Assembly (NCBI GenBank): GCA_965231015.1
Contig: OZ246408.1
Span: 545,237 to 609,236 of the forward strand
Direction of reading: 5' to 3'
Source of the DNA: an uncultured Gammaproteobacteria bacterium
Lineage (GTDB): Bacteria; Patescibacteriota; Patescibacteriia; UBA9934; CAZDDW01
Length of the DNA stretch: 64,000 bases
Shown: in pieces, positions 1-9,751 of the stretch
Layout of the letters: every line of letters begins with the position of its first letter
Position numbering within the stretch: the first letter of the stretch is position 1
Made by a program: the position numbers and the translations under genes
The notes under the pieces: model-generated
Database searches by the model: none
The model's input: the letters and a program-made list of their open reading frames with translations, nothing else
What the model was told of the DNA's origin: nothing

Positions 1-944
1 TCAAGGATAGATTGAACAGTTCGGTAGTTTTTGGTAAGTACGATTTTTTCTGTGTCAGGATAATCCTGCTCAAACTGCAAAATGTTAGAAAGCGATGCAC
101 CACGAAATTTATAAATTGATTGATCATCGTCACCTACCACGGTCAGATTATTGTCTGGTCCAGTTAAAAGTTTCACCAGCTCGTACTGCGCCCAGTTGGT
201 GTCCTGGAATTCATCCACCAGAACGTATTTGAACTTCTTTTGCAGTTCGGCCAAGACCTTTGGTCTTTTTTGTAAAAGCTCGAGCGTATAGCCTATAAGA
301 TCCCCGAAATCGAGTGAGTCGTTTTCAAGTAGTATTTGTTGGTAGGTATGATAAGTATTGGCAAGCTCGGTTAAACGTTCGACTTCTGCCGTGGCGTCGT
401 CAGATGAATTCGTTGCATCAAGGTTGGCCCGTTCTTGTTCAGCAAACTTTAAATAGTCTTCCGGGGTGATAACTTCGTCCTTAGCTCGCGAAAAGTGTGT
501 AAGTAAGGCTTTTAAGAATTTGGTCGGGTTTCCTTTGGGTCGGTAGTATTCCAGCTCAAACCGATCAAAGTTTTGACGCATTAAAAGCCAGGTATCAACC
601 TCGTTCAAAACGCGCATGTTTCGCCCCAGTCCGATTTCGATTCCGTAATCCGAGAGAATTCGTTCGCAGAAACTATGAAAGGTCGAGATCCATAAATCGA
701 CGTACCCCATCGGCAACAAAATATCGACCCGCTCTTCCATTTCAGCCGCAGCTTTTTCAGTAAAGGTAAGAGCCAAGATTTCATCCGGTGCGGCCAGCTT
801 TTGTTCAATGAGCCAGGCGATTCGCTGCGTAATGGCCATAGTCTTCCCTGTTCCGGCTCCGGCGATAATCATTAAAGGCCCATCACGATGCGTGACGGCC
901 TTAAGCTGTTCTTCATTCAGTTTTTCCATCAAATTTTCTTGCAT
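1..944 (-). CDS. UvrD/PcrA-family ATP-dependent DNA helicase, N-terminal part (gene runs off the window start)
   Basis: Absent from the ORF track because it is open at the window edge. Hand translation from the ATG at 944-942 gives MQENLMEKLNEEQLKAVTHRDGPLMIIAGAGTGKT (Walker A). Further on it gives KYVLVDEFQDTNWAQYE and SIYKFRGAS helicase motifs. Confidence 0.85.
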   Translation of the reverse strand, partial: MQENLMEKLNEEQLKAVTHRDGPLMIIAGAGTGKTMAITQRIAWLIEQKLAAPDEILALTFTEKAAAEMEERVDILLPMGYVDLWISTFHSFCERILSDYGIEIGLGRNMRVLNEVDTWLLMRQNFDRFELEYYRPKGNPTKFLKALLTHFSRAKDEVITPEDYLKFAEQERANLDATNSSDDATAEVERLTELANTYHTYQQILLENDSLDFGDLIGYTLELLQKRPKVLAELQKKFKYVLVDEFQDTNWAQYELVKLLTGPDNNLTVVGDDDQSIYKFRGASLSNILQFEQDYPDTEKIVLTKNYRTVQSIL

Positions 945-1064
945 ATATTTAAGTGGTTCCTCCCCTTTTGGGGAAGAAGTCGAGTATCCCCTTCCTATAA
1001 GGAGGGGTTAAGGGCGGTACCGTCAGATAGGATCGCGACCCTATTTTAGCCTATTTCTCCCTAT

Positions 1065-1093
1065 TTCGCAAAAGGCTGCAAGTGCGGTATAAT
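1065..1093 (+). promoter_or_regulatory. Putative sigma70-type promoter of the methyltransferase gene
   Basis: TTCGCA (1065-1070), 17-nt spacer, TATAAT (1088-1093). The ATG lies 10 nt downstream. Confidence 0.45.
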
Positions 1094-1103
1094 AAGGCTA
1101 ATT

Positions 1104-1949
1104 ATGTCCAAATTAAACACCATTGACGCTCGGTATAAATCCCGGGAAGGAGATAAATTAGCCAAGGAAGAATTGCTTCCTGTGGTCAAACAGTACTTAA
1201 AGGCCAAGAACCCGAAGATTTTAGAAGTTGGGTGTGGTTATGGTCGGAATTTGTATGCGCTTTCGCATGTTGAAGGCTCGAGCGTGGTTGGGTGTGATAT
1301 TGCAAGTGTTGAGCTTGAAAAAGCAAACGAGAAAATGAAAGAGTATGGGGTTCAGAACGTGAAAACGGTTTTGCAGACGGACGAAGAAGAGTTGCCGTTT
1401 GGTGATAACGAGTTTGACTGTGTAGTGCTTTGGCAGGTTCTAGAGCATGTGCTTATGAAACGCGAGAAGCAGAGCTTGCTCAATGAAGTGTCTCGAATTA
1501 CAAAGGATGGCGGTCTCGTTTTTATCGAAACTCCAAACCAACTCTTCCCTATCGACTACCATGACAACAACTTGCCGCTTGTGCATTGGCTCTTGCCTAA
1601 TGCGTTGCGTCGAGCCCTGACTCGAGCTGTACGCGGCCGTGACTACCCGCCTTCGCAGTACACCAGCATCTTCGAACTCAAACGCATGTTGAAACGCGCT
1701 TCCGGAACCAAGAAGCTCGAGCAACTAACCCGAGTCTATTTTGAGGATCGATACTCTGACGTCTTCCGCCACCTCAGCGGTACCCGACTCGGCTCGAAAA
1801 AACTCATTTTTATTCTCTATTACCCACTTTATTTACTTCTACGACTCTTTCGAATTTCTGGTGACGCGTTTACACCATCACTGAGAGTCGTGTTTAAGAT
1901 CAAGAAAGCAACGAAGCAAAGAATCAACGAATCAAGTGTAGAGTCATAA
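1104..1949 (+). CDS. Class I SAM-dependent methyltransferase
   Basis: 281-aa ORF with the SAM-binding motif ILEVGCGYGRN, then the acidic loop GCDI and VVLWQVLEHV, typical of the Methyltransf_11 fold. Confidence 0.8.
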   Translation: MSKLNTIDARYKSREGDKLAKEELLPVVKQYLKAKNPKILEVGCGYGRNLYALSHVEGSSVVGCDIASVELEKANEKMKEYGVQNVKTVLQTDEEELPFGDNEFDCVVLWQVLEHVLMKREKQSLLNEVSRITKDGGLVFIETPNQLFPIDYHDNNLPLVHWLLPNALRRALTRAVRGRDYPPSQYTSIFELKRMLKRASGTKKLEQLTRVYFEDRYSDVFRHLSGTRLGSKKLIFILYYPLYLLLRLFRISGDAFTPSLRVVFKIKKATKQRINESSVES

Positions 1950-1978
1950 ATGAATATCAAGAAAAATTAAAGAGTAAA

Positions 1979-2122
1979 ATGGATGATTTTGCTGTTCATG
2001 TCTATCAAATGACATCTGATTTTCCGAAACACGAGCTTTATGGTCTTACATCACAAATACGTCGTGCCGCGGTCTCAATTGTGCTTAATTATATCGAAGG
2101 GTATGCACGACGGTTGACATAA
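1979..2122 (+). pseudogene. Truncated four-helix-bundle protein (23S rRNA intervening-sequence protein family) fragment
   Basis: Hand translation gives MDDFAVHVYQMTSDFPKHELYGLTSQIRRAAVSIVLNYIEGYARRLT*. This matches the conserved FPxxExYgLtsQlrRAavSI..NIaEG core of that family, but only about 47 of the usual ~120 aa are present. The reading frame ends exactly where the composition changes. Confidence 0.55.
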
Positions 2123-2126
2123 ACCC

Positions 2127-2147
2127 AAAAACCAGACCGAAGTCCAG
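2127..2147 (-). terminator. Rho-independent terminator-like hairpin (minus strand)
   Basis: The minus-strand RNA reads CUGGAC-UUCG-GUCUGG followed by UUUUU. Two G.U pairs make the stem specific to the minus strand. Confidence 0.5.
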
Positions 2148-2474
2148 TTTCTGGGTAGAGCCGAAGTGTTTCAGTGCAACTACTCTTCAAAGTCTTCTCC
2201 CTTCAGGAAGGCTGTGTTCCAAGCGGAGTCATAACGTTCCAAGTTACATCAGCTTTCGGGCAGGCCCGTCAGCATCAGCCTTGTACAACGCTTTATTCCT
2301 TCCAAAAGATCGGATTCACAGTATTTCTACTGGTCCTACTCTCGTGAGCTTTGTCGCACTGAAGTGCGATCCCCGGCTCACTTTCAAGATTACCAGAAAT
2401 GTACCCCAGGTCAAGAGCTTTACCCCAAGCTTATTTTTGTTTTCATACACAATTTTATCCCCTATTTAGTGGAT

Positions 2475-2503
2475 AAAAAAACCTGTCGTAGTTGACCGAC
2501 AAG
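2475..2503 (-). terminator. Rho-independent terminator downstream of the 78-aa membrane protein gene
   Basis: The minus-strand RNA reads CUUGUCG-loop-CGACAGG followed by UUUUUUU, 6 nt after the stop codon at 2509. Confidence 0.6.
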
Positions 2504-2508
2504 TTTCT

Positions 2509-2745
2509 CTATAGGAGAGGGGGTGGACTATTGTTGTGGTCTCTTAGTGAAGCACTCACCACCAGCGAGACCGCTCCGATTGATGTAATAATGAATCCGA
2601 TTATCACCACAGCGTCGGTGCCGAATCTGATATGGTTATGATCACGTAAGAGTAGGTAGGACCCAAGGGTCAGGGCTCCGAGAATCGAACAGATTAGACC
2701 CACAGTGCTGAAATGCTCATGGACAGGTTTCTTGAGGTGCCTCAT
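2509..2745 (-). CDS. Small two-TM membrane protein, unknown function
   Basis: The ORF track lists 2509-2754 with a GTG start. The ATG at 2745 overlaps the upstream stop as ATGA, a translational-coupling arrangement. There are two hydrophobic helices, each followed by LRDHN, which looks like an internal duplication. GC is elevated relative to the flanks. Confidence 0.5.
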   Translation of the reverse strand: MRHLKKPVHEHFSTVGLICSILGALTLGSYLLLRDHNHIRFGTDAVVIIGFIITSIGAVSLVVSASLRDHNNSPPPLL

Positions 2746-3227
2746 TCCATGCACTCCGCTTCGCGGGCTGGGTCACAGCTCCACTTGCACCCGTCTTCTA
2801 GCAGAATATCAGCAAACATGAGATCGAACAGGTTCGGGCTCAAGCCCAATCGAATCGAGGAGACGTCACCGTATGGGAAGCACTCATAGGCAAACAGTGG
2901 CTTGTACTGATGTCCGTCTGGAAGGTCGACCCAACCGTCAGGGGCGTCGTGGACTGCTCGGTACACGAGCGTGCTCTGGAAGCACCGGTCCCAACCTATG
3001 ATGACGTTGTCCCCAACCTTCTCTGTCGGCGCACAGACCGTGTTGGTGATCTTCCAGGACCCGACCGAGGAGGTGGTCGAGTTCATGTCGGTTCCCCGCT
3101 GGTCGATCATCCTGGCTTCCCTGATCACCGTGAAGATGACGAGAATCAACAGCAGAAGTCCGATCGGGATAACGGCCTTTTTGCTAATCCACTTTTCAAG
3201 CCAAAGCTTGATTCCTTGAATGAACAT
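2742..3227 (-). CDS. Membrane-anchored Cys-containing protein, unknown function
   Basis: 161-aa ORF with an N-terminal TM anchor (AVIPIGLLLLILVIFTVI), then a domain of about 110 aa containing 7 Cys. A strong SD (GAAGGGGG) lies 7 nt upstream of the ATG. GC is elevated. Confidence 0.55.
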   Translation of the reverse strand: MFIQGIKLWLEKWISKKAVIPIGLLLLILVIFTVIREARMIDQRGTDMNSTTSSVGSWKITNTVCAPTEKVGDNVIIGWDRCFQSTLVYRAVHDAPDGWVDLPDGHQYKPLFAYECFPYGDVSSIRLGLSPNLFDLMFADILLEDGCKWSCDPAREAECME

Positions 3228-3323
3228 GTCGTACCCCCTTCTCTCTTCTGAGAAATAAGGTTAGCAAATAAAGAGGGGTTGGTCAAGGAGGTTGACCCGG
3301 TTTTCTTTGGGTTGTTCTTATGG

Positions 3324-3366
3324 TACCCCACCCAGCCTCCCCTTAAAGGGGAGGCTGGGTGGGGTA
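3324..3366. repeat. Perfect 19-bp-stem palindromic hairpin
   Basis: TACCCCACCCAGCCTCCCC-TTAAA-GGGGAGGCTGGGTGGGGTA, read directly. It lies between the ATPase operon end and the GC-elevated island. Confidence 0.8.
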
Positions 3367-3374
3367 AATCTAAA

Positions 3375-3396
3375 GGGCGGACACATAGGTCCGCCC
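3375..3396 (-). terminator. Terminator of the V/A-ATPase operon
   Basis: GGGCGGAC-6 nt-GTCCGCCC, followed on the minus strand by UUUAGAUUU. It sits 59 nt after the atpD stop. Confidence 0.6.
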
Positions 3397-3454
3397 CTAC
3401 AATCTGATCTAATGGATTGGCACAATTAATCGAGCGGATTACCGCAAGTAATCC

Positions 3455-4096
3455 CTACACCTCGGCTTTTTCCGCTTCTTCAATAATATCTTTAACCTTC
3501 ATCAAGGTAATCAGTGTGTCTCGTTCCTGTTCGGCCAACTTGTTCTGAATATACTTAATTGTTTCAGTCATTCGTGGAATGTAAACGTATTCCAGGGCAT
3601 TAACTCGACGGCGAGTTTTTTCAATCTCTTCAGCTAAAAGCTTGGCAGAGTGTTCAACCTCGGCCAAGCGCACCATGTCCTTGAGGGTAGTTGAAAAACT
3701 TTCCAGCGCCACGTCCAGTTCCGAACTAGTCAAACTGAATCCGTAACTTAGAAAGTCCCCTTCTTCCTGATACTCAAATTGTGGCACTTCCACACTCATT
3801 ACGTTCTTGATGTCAGCTTTGAGTGTAGTCCTCATACTAGGGAGCAAAAACGCGCTTTTAAGAAGCTCCGGTGGAGTCTTGGCTCCAGCAAAGAGAAAGG
3901 CCTGGAAGCCGGTCTCAAGCTGCTTTTCAACGCTCTCACGCAAGTCTTTGGCCTCTCGAATGATGGCCATGAACTGCTTCATGAGTCCGTCGCGTTTATC
4001 TTTAAGCAACTTATAACCACGCTTATTGGTTTTAAGCTTTGTCTTGAGCTTTAGGAGCTCCTGTCGAGTTGGATTTACGCCCAGTGCATTTGCCAT
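3455..4096 (-). CDS. atpD: V/A-type ATP synthase subunit D
   Basis: 213 aa. The N-terminus NPTRQELLKLKTKLKTNKRGYKLLKDKRD is typical of the subunit D coiled coil. It is the last gene of the operon. Confidence 0.9.
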   Translation of the reverse strand: MANALGVNPTRQELLKLKTKLKTNKRGYKLLKDKRDGLMKQFMAIIREAKDLRESVEKQLETGFQAFLFAGAKTPPELLKSAFLLPSMRTTLKADIKNVMSVEVPQFEYQEEGDFLSYGFSLTSSELDVALESFSTTLKDMVRLAEVEHSAKLLAEEIEKTRRRVNALEYVYIPRMTETIKYIQNKLAEQERDTLITLMKVKDIIEEAEKAEV

Positions 4097-4108
4097 AAGT
4101 TATTGCTT

Positions 4109-4168
4109 GTGGCACGTGGCTCGTGGCACGTCGTTCTGATCGACGTGCGACGTGCAATTTGCGACGTG
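4109..4168. repeat. Intercistronic cluster of short direct and inverted repeats (C[G/C]ACGTG family) between atpB and atpD
   Basis: GTGGCACGT occurs twice (4109-4117, 4123-4131) and CGACGTG three times (4141, 4148, 4162). CACGTCG at 4127-4133 is the inverted copy and can form an 8-bp stem, GCACGTCG-7 nt-CGACGTGC. Confidence 0.75.
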
Positions 4169-4183
4169 CAGTTTAAAGATATT

Positions 4184-5572
4184 TTATTTTTCTGCTTTCG
4201 GAAGATATTTATCAATGTGGTTTTCCTTAACGCGCTTTAACTCTCGGATTGGGAGGATGCTCATCAATTTCCAACCAATGGTTAAAGTGTCTTCAATGGT
4301 TCGGTCTTCGTTCTTTCCCTGAGTGATAAACTCAGCTTCAAACGCTTCAGCGAACTTGATATAAGCACGTTCGGCGTCAGACAAAGCTGACTCACCAAGG
4401 ATCACAGCCAACTCTCGAGCTTCTTTTCCGGTAGCGTACGCCGCAAACAGCTGGTTAGCTACTCCGGAGTGATCCTCACGGGTCTTCCCTTCCCCAATAC
4501 CCTTTGACATCAGTCGTGAGAGTGAGGTGAGTGGGTCAATGCAAGGGTAAATTCCCTTTCGATAAAGTTCTCGTGATACCACAACCTGTCCCTCAGTAAT
4601 ATAACCGGTAAGGTCGGGAATTGGGTGAGTTTTATCGTCTTCAGGCATGGTCAGAATTGGAATCTGAGTCACAGAACCATATCGCCCCTTAATTTTTCCG
4701 GCTCGTTCGTAAATGGTGGAAAGGTCTGTGTACATGTAACCAGGATATCCGCGTCGTCCAGGAATCTCTTTTCGCGCTGCTCCAACCTCACGCAAAGCCT
4801 CACAATAGTTGGTAAGGTCAGTGAGGATTACAAGCACGTGCTTACCTTTTTCGTAAGCCAGGTACTCAGCAGTAGTTAGGGCCATTCGTGGCAAAGTGAT
4901 TCGTTCAACTACCGGATCATCAGCCAGGTTGATAAAGAGCACTGATCGCTCAATAGCTCCGGTCTTCTTAAACTCGTTGATAAAGAATTCTGATTCCTCA
5001 AAGGTGATTCCCATCGCTCCAAACACAACAGCAAACTCTTCATCGTCTCCACCTTCTCCAACTACTTTCGCCTGACGCGCAATCTGCGCAGCGATTTCGT
5101 TGTGCGGAAGCCCGGCCCCAGAGAAGATCGGAAGCTTTTGTCCTCGCACCAAGGTATTCAATCCGTCAATGGTTGAAATACCGGTCTGATAAAAGTCTTC
5201 AGGCATTTCTCGTGAGAACGGATTAATTGGAGCACCGTTGATGTCTAGGTGTTTTTCCGGAATAACTTCCGGCATACCATCGCGTGGCTCAGCCATTCCA
5301 CTCATGACACGTCCCAGCAAATCGGTTGAAACACCAACCTGAAGGGTTTTACCAAGAAAGGTCGCACTAGACTTGTCAACGTCAATTCCGGTGGTTCCTT
5401 CAAACATCTGCACCACAGCGTGCTTGTCAGTAATCTCAAGCACTCGTCCTTTGCGGCGCTCACCATCAGCCAATTCCACCTCAACCATTTCCTCGTACAT
5501 CACATCTTTAATTTTGTCGACGATTACGAGCGGCCCTTGGACTTCTTTGATTGTCTTGTATCGTTTTTCCAT
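4184..5572 (-). CDS. atpB: V/A-type ATP synthase subunit B
   Basis: 462 aa with conserved [19 protein letters not shown] and [29 protein letters not shown] blocks. Confidence 0.95.
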   Translation of the reverse strand: MEKRYKTIKEVQGPLVIVDKIKDVMYEEMVEVELADGERRKGRVLEITDKHAVVQMFEGTTGIDVDKSSATFLGKTLQVGVSTDLLGRVMSGMAEPRDGMPEVIPEKHLDINGAPINPFSREMPEDFYQTGISTIDGLNTLVRGQKLPIFSGAGLPHNEIAAQIARQAKVVGEGGDDEEFAVVFGAMGITFEESEFFINEFKKTGAIERSVLFINLADDPVVERITLPRMALTTAEYLAYEKGKHVLVILTDLTNYCEALREVGAARKEIPGRRGYPGYMYTDLSTIYERAGKIKGRYGSVTQIPILTMPEDDKTHPIPDLTGYITEGQVVVSRELYRKGIYPCIDPLTSLSRLMSKGIGEGKTREDHSGVANQLFAAYATGKEARELAVILGESALSDAERAYIKFAEAFEAEFITQGKNEDRTIEDTLTIGWKLMSILPIRELKRVKENHIDKYLPKAEK

Positions 5573-5577
5573 ATGTC

Positions 5578-7332
5578 CTAGGATTTTGCGGTTAAGTTAG
5601 AAAGAGCGCCTTTGGCATCCTTAGCAAGTTTATCCAGATTATCTTCATTGGTTTCCATCTTAGCCTTTGAGATGGCTTCTTTAATGTCGAGTCCGGTCAT
5701 ATCCTTTACTTTGACATCCTTTTCAACTGCCTCAAGGGCCGCTTCATGGAAGCTTAAGATGGCTTTCATCATCAGATACATTCGTTTTGGTGGGGTGTAT
5801 CCGTCAACTTCGTCAAAAGCAAACTGTTGTAAGAAGTCTTCTCGGATTGACTTTGCGGTTTCCAGCACCACCTGCTCTTTTTGTGAAAGCGCGTCAAGCC
5901 CAACCAGTTTCACAATTTCTTGCAAACTGGCTTCTTCCTGCAAAATTCCCATAGCCAGCTTTCGCATTTCGGGCCAGTCGTTACCCATATTTTCCCGGGT
6001 CCAGTCTTCAATGTTGTCTAGGTAAAGTGAGTAAGAGCTCAACCAATGAATCGCTGGGAAGTGTCGTCGATTAGCGAGCCCGGCATCCAGTCCCCAGAAA
6101 ACCTTAGTCACACGCAGGGTGTTCTGGGTCACAGGCTCGGACAGGTCTCCACCCGGAGGGCTAACCGCACCGATAACTGTCAAAGTTCCCTTTCGGTCAT
6201 CTTCTCCCAGACAGTCAATTGCACCAGCTCGTTCGTAGAAAGCGGCAGTTCGTGAACCAAGGTACGCCGGGTAGCCTTCTTCACCAGGCATTTCCTGAAG
6301 TCTTCCCGAAATTTCTCGAAGCGCCTCAGCCCAACGTGAAGTTGAGTCAGCCATCAGCGCAACGTTGTAGCCCATGTCTCGGAAGTACTCAGCCAGAGTG
6401 ATTCCGGTGTAGATTGAGGCTTCTCGTGCCGCCACAGGCATGTTTGAGGTGTTAGCAATCAAAGTTGTTCGTTCCATGAGTGGTTTACCGGTGTTCGGGT
6501 CTTCAAGTTCCGGGAACTCAACCAGTACGTCAGTCATCTCATTTCCACGCTCACCACAACCAATGTAAACAATCACGTCAGCGTCAGCAAATTTAGCCAG
6601 CTGCTGCTGAGTAACGGTCTTCCCTGCTCCAAACGGTCCGGGAATACACGCAGCCCCACCCTTTACTACTGGGAAGAACGCATCAATGATTCGTGTTCCG
6701 GTAATAAGTGGAGTTTTTGGCATCAGTTTTGCTTTGTACGGCCGCGGTTTTCTAATTGGCCAGTACTGAAGCATCTGAATTTCTGTGCCGTCTACTGTGG
6801 CAATAGTTTCAGTAATGTTGAACTGCCCGCTCTTAATTCCTGAGATCTTTCCATTGACTCCGGGCGGAACCATGATTTTATGTTCAATGAGCTCTGTTTC
6901 TTGGACAGTACCAATTACGTCTCCTTCGGCAACCGGTTCACCATCACTGACAGTGGCAACAAAGTCCCACTTTTTTTCCCGGTCAAGTCCGGGAACATCA
7001 ATTCCTTTAGTGATGAATGGTGATTGAGCTTCTTTTTCAATCAGCTCCAACGGTCGTTGCACACCGTCGTAAATTGATTTTAAGATTCCAGGACCAAGCT
7101 CGGCTACGAGTGGTTGACCGGTCATGTAAACCGGGTCCCCCGGCTTAAGACCTGCCGTGTCCTCGTAAACCTGAATAGAAGCCTCGTCGCTCTCCAACTT
7201 GATGATTTCACCCACGAGTTTTTTCTCGCCGATTTTCACCACGTCATACATTCGGGCGTTATTCATTTCTTTGGCTACCACAAGTGGTCCCGAGACCTTG
7301 ATGATCAATCCAGATTTCTCTTGATCAGTCAT
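5578..7332 (-). CDS. atpA: V/A-type ATP synthase catalytic subunit A
   Basis: Walker A motif GPFGAGKTV, plus [28 protein letters not shown] moved the start to Met17 ([16 protein letters not shown]), which removes the overlap with atpF. Confidence 0.95.
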   Translation of the reverse strand: MTDQEKSGLIIKVSGPLVVAKEMNNARMYDVVKIGEKKLVGEIIKLESDEASIQVYEDTAGLKPGDPVYMTGQPLVAELGPGILKSIYDGVQRPLELIEKEAQSPFITKGIDVPGLDREKKWDFVATVSDGEPVAEGDVIGTVQETELIEHKIMVPPGVNGKISGIKSGQFNITETIATVDGTEIQMLQYWPIRKPRPYKAKLMPKTPLITGTRIIDAFFPVVKGGAACIPGPFGAGKTVTQQQLAKFADADVIVYIGCGERGNEMTDVLVEFPELEDPNTGKPLMERTTLIANTSNMPVAAREASIYTGITLAEYFRDMGYNVALMADSTSRWAEALREISGRLQEMPGEEGYPAYLGSRTAAFYERAGAIDCLGEDDRKGTLTVIGAVSPPGGDLSEPVTQNTLRVTKVFWGLDAGLANRRHFPAIHWLSSYSLYLDNIEDWTRENMGNDWPEMRKLAMGILQEEASLQEIVKLVGLDALSQKEQVVLETAKSIREDFLQQFAFDEVDGYTPPKRMYLMMKAILSFHEAALEAVEKDVKVKDMTGLDIKEAISKAKMETNEDNLDKLAKDAKGALSNLTAKS

Positions 7333-7336
7333 AAGT

Positions 7337-7666
7337 TTAGTTATTAAATAAGATATCACTGCCAACAGCCTGTTCAACAATCTTTTTAAGATTGCTCAAG
7401 CCTTCCTTGGTTGCACCTTGCGGTGAAGGAACAGTTACAATTGCCGGCAAGGCCTCGCGTTCAAAGGCAGTGTCGAGTTCACTCCGAACCCGCCCGGCCC
7501 AGTCTTCGGTAATGAAGATTGCGCCAAACTGATCCGCCTTGATTTTGGCAATAATGTCTTGAATCTCATCAGTTTCTTTGATCGGAAAACACTTCACACC
7601 CAGGGCAATAAAGCCCATGATTGCTTCTTCGGTTCCTATCATGCCGATTTTGAATTCGTCAGACAT
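7337..7666 (-). CDS. atpF: V/A-type ATP synthase subunit F
   Basis: 109 aa. Position, size and the [19 protein letters not shown] motif all fit subunit F. Confidence 0.8.
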   Translation of the reverse strand: MSDEFKIGMIGTEEAIMGFIALGVKCFPIKETDEIQDIIAKIKADQFGAIFITEDWAGRVRSELDTAFEREALPAIVTVPSPQGATKEGLSNLKKIVEQAVGSDILFNN

Positions 7667-7667
7667 A

Positions 7668-8666
7668 TTAGTAACTGTTAACTAAGTGTTTGCGTATAGT
7701 GCTTGGCTCAATTTCGCCAAACTTCAAAGCCATGATAGTGGAAAGGTTTTTAATGGCATATTTTTTTCCAAAAAAGTACGCCACCACCACTTCTGGACCA
7801 TAGCCAATTAGTTTAGCGCTTTTGAGATGATCTATAATCGCATTATTAATGCCCTGCTCCAGGTGCCAAATCTGCTTATCTTTTAAGTATTCATCCACGG
7901 CTTCATTTATTATGTTTGGAAAATAATCACGAAGTCGGGTTATGAATTCCGCATCGTCAGCGGCTTCATAGTTTTCTAAGAAGCGGCTGGCCGGGATATG
8001 GCCGAAGTCGTTTAAACGTTCAGCTACCCAGGTTTTTCCTTTTTGAAGTCGTCGAGCTCGCAAGAAAATGCTCAGGTTATTTTTATCAGCGAGCATTTTG
8101 TATAGTTCGATGATAAATTTGTTTCCGGTTTTTTCGGCCAGTCTTCGGTTGCGTCGATTCATGCGGACATCAACCAGGTTCTCGATGCGTTCCGGGTCTG
8201 CATCATCTCCGATTTGCTTCTTTAGTTCGTTGATATCGTTTTTGATTTTTGGGTCAAGGTCTGTATCCAGCTCATCAATGATGTAGCGTCGTAGTTTGTC
8301 TGTTGGGATTAACCCCGGACTGGTTTCTAAGTGCGAGGCAAAATCACTCCCGGATAATTTTTCCTTGAAAAGAATTTTGATATTGTAGTAGTCGCGTTCC
8401 AAAAAAAGGAGTCGCATCAACACTTCATCAGGAATTATCTTTTCAAAGACTTTTTTAAGCCGATTCATCTTCCGACTCATGGCCACACGGTAATCCTTGG
8501 CCTCCAAATCCAAAAGTTCCCCGGCATAGTCCAGGCTGTTAAAAGCCTTAAAGGCAATGTCAGGTGTTTTGGCGTCAATCACTCGCGTCATGTCAGCCTC
8601 GCTTAAAAGGTGTCGCTCCAGGACTCTGACTTTGGCGCTAGGATAGATGTAGGTATCGCGGGTCAT
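7668..8666 (-). CDS. atpC: V/A-type ATP synthase subunit C (d-type)
   Basis: 332-aa all-helical protein lying between E and F in the operon. Confidence 0.8.
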   Translation of the reverse strand: MTRDTYIYPSAKVRVLERHLLSEADMTRVIDAKTPDIAFKAFNSLDYAGELLDLEAKDYRVAMSRKMNRLKKVFEKIIPDEVLMRLLFLERDYYNIKILFKEKLSGSDFASHLETSPGLIPTDKLRRYIIDELDTDLDPKIKNDINELKKQIGDDADPERIENLVDVRMNRRNRRLAEKTGNKFIIELYKMLADKNNLSIFLRARRLQKGKTWVAERLNDFGHIPASRFLENYEAADDAEFITRLRDYFPNIINEAVDEYLKDKQIWHLEQGINNAIIDHLKSAKLIGYGPEVVVAYFFGKKYAIKNLSTIMALKFGEIEPSTIRKHLVNSY

Positions 8667-8675
8667 GGGACTTGG

Positions 8676-9248
8676 TTATTCTGATTCGTTAAACAGGATA
8701 TGATGGACATCAATCAGGGTCTCTTCTCGAAGATTTTCCAGAATTGACTCAAAGGTACTGTCTAGGTCAATCAGTTCACCGTGGAAAATGAATCCACCAA
8801 TGGTTTCAATTGGCTCTTGATTAACCTTGGCCTTAACACCGGCTTTTTTAGCCGCCGCTTCCAAAGACTTAATCTTGTCCGTGCCAGTAGAGAGGGTTCC
8901 CTCCTCCTCTTTTAGTGGAGCCAATAGTTTAGCCAACAGGCTTTCATAAGACTTGGTATCCATTTTGGTAAGATCGTTTTTTACAGTTTTGAATACCTGG
9001 TCAAGCTGGGCCTGTTTAGCTTTGAGGACTTCTGAATTAACCTTTTCGCTGATCTTAAATTTCGCTTGGGCAAGCTTGGCTTCGGCTCGCGTGGTCATTG
9101 ACTTAAGCAAACGCTCACGCTCTGAAGCAGTCAGATCGTCCCATTCTTTTCGAGCAGCGGATAGTTCTTCCTCGGATCGCTTAGCGATCGCCTCTACCTC
9201 AGCCTTAGCCTTGTCCCTAATCGATTTTTGAATGTCAGTTAGGGCCAT
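8676..9248 (-). CDS. atpE: V/A-type ATP synthase subunit E
   Basis: 190 aa with a long N-terminal charged coiled coil and a globular C-terminus. Operon position fits. Confidence 0.8.
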   Translation of the reverse strand: MALTDIQKSIRDKAKAEVEAIAKRSEEELSAARKEWDDLTASERERLLKSMTTRAEAKLAQAKFKISEKVNSEVLKAKQAQLDQVFKTVKNDLTKMDTKSYESLLAKLLAPLKEEEGTLSTGTDKIKSLEAAAKKAGVKAKVNQEPIETIGGFIFHGELIDLDSTFESILENLREETLIDVHHILFNESE

Positions 9249-9250
9249 AT

Positions 9251-9742
<492 letters not shown>

Positions 9743-9751
9743 TTAATTAAT

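Noticed and set aside
808-1011. A 67-aa plus-strand ORF and the 605-808 minus-strand ORF.
   Set aside because: Both lie within or antisense to the UvrD/PcrA helicase frame, which carries clear motifs.
2281-2469. A 62-aa plus-strand ORF in the 2.1-2.5 kb untranslated segment.
   Set aside because: It has no SD or promoter context and an odd composition. The region is better treated as non-coding or decayed.
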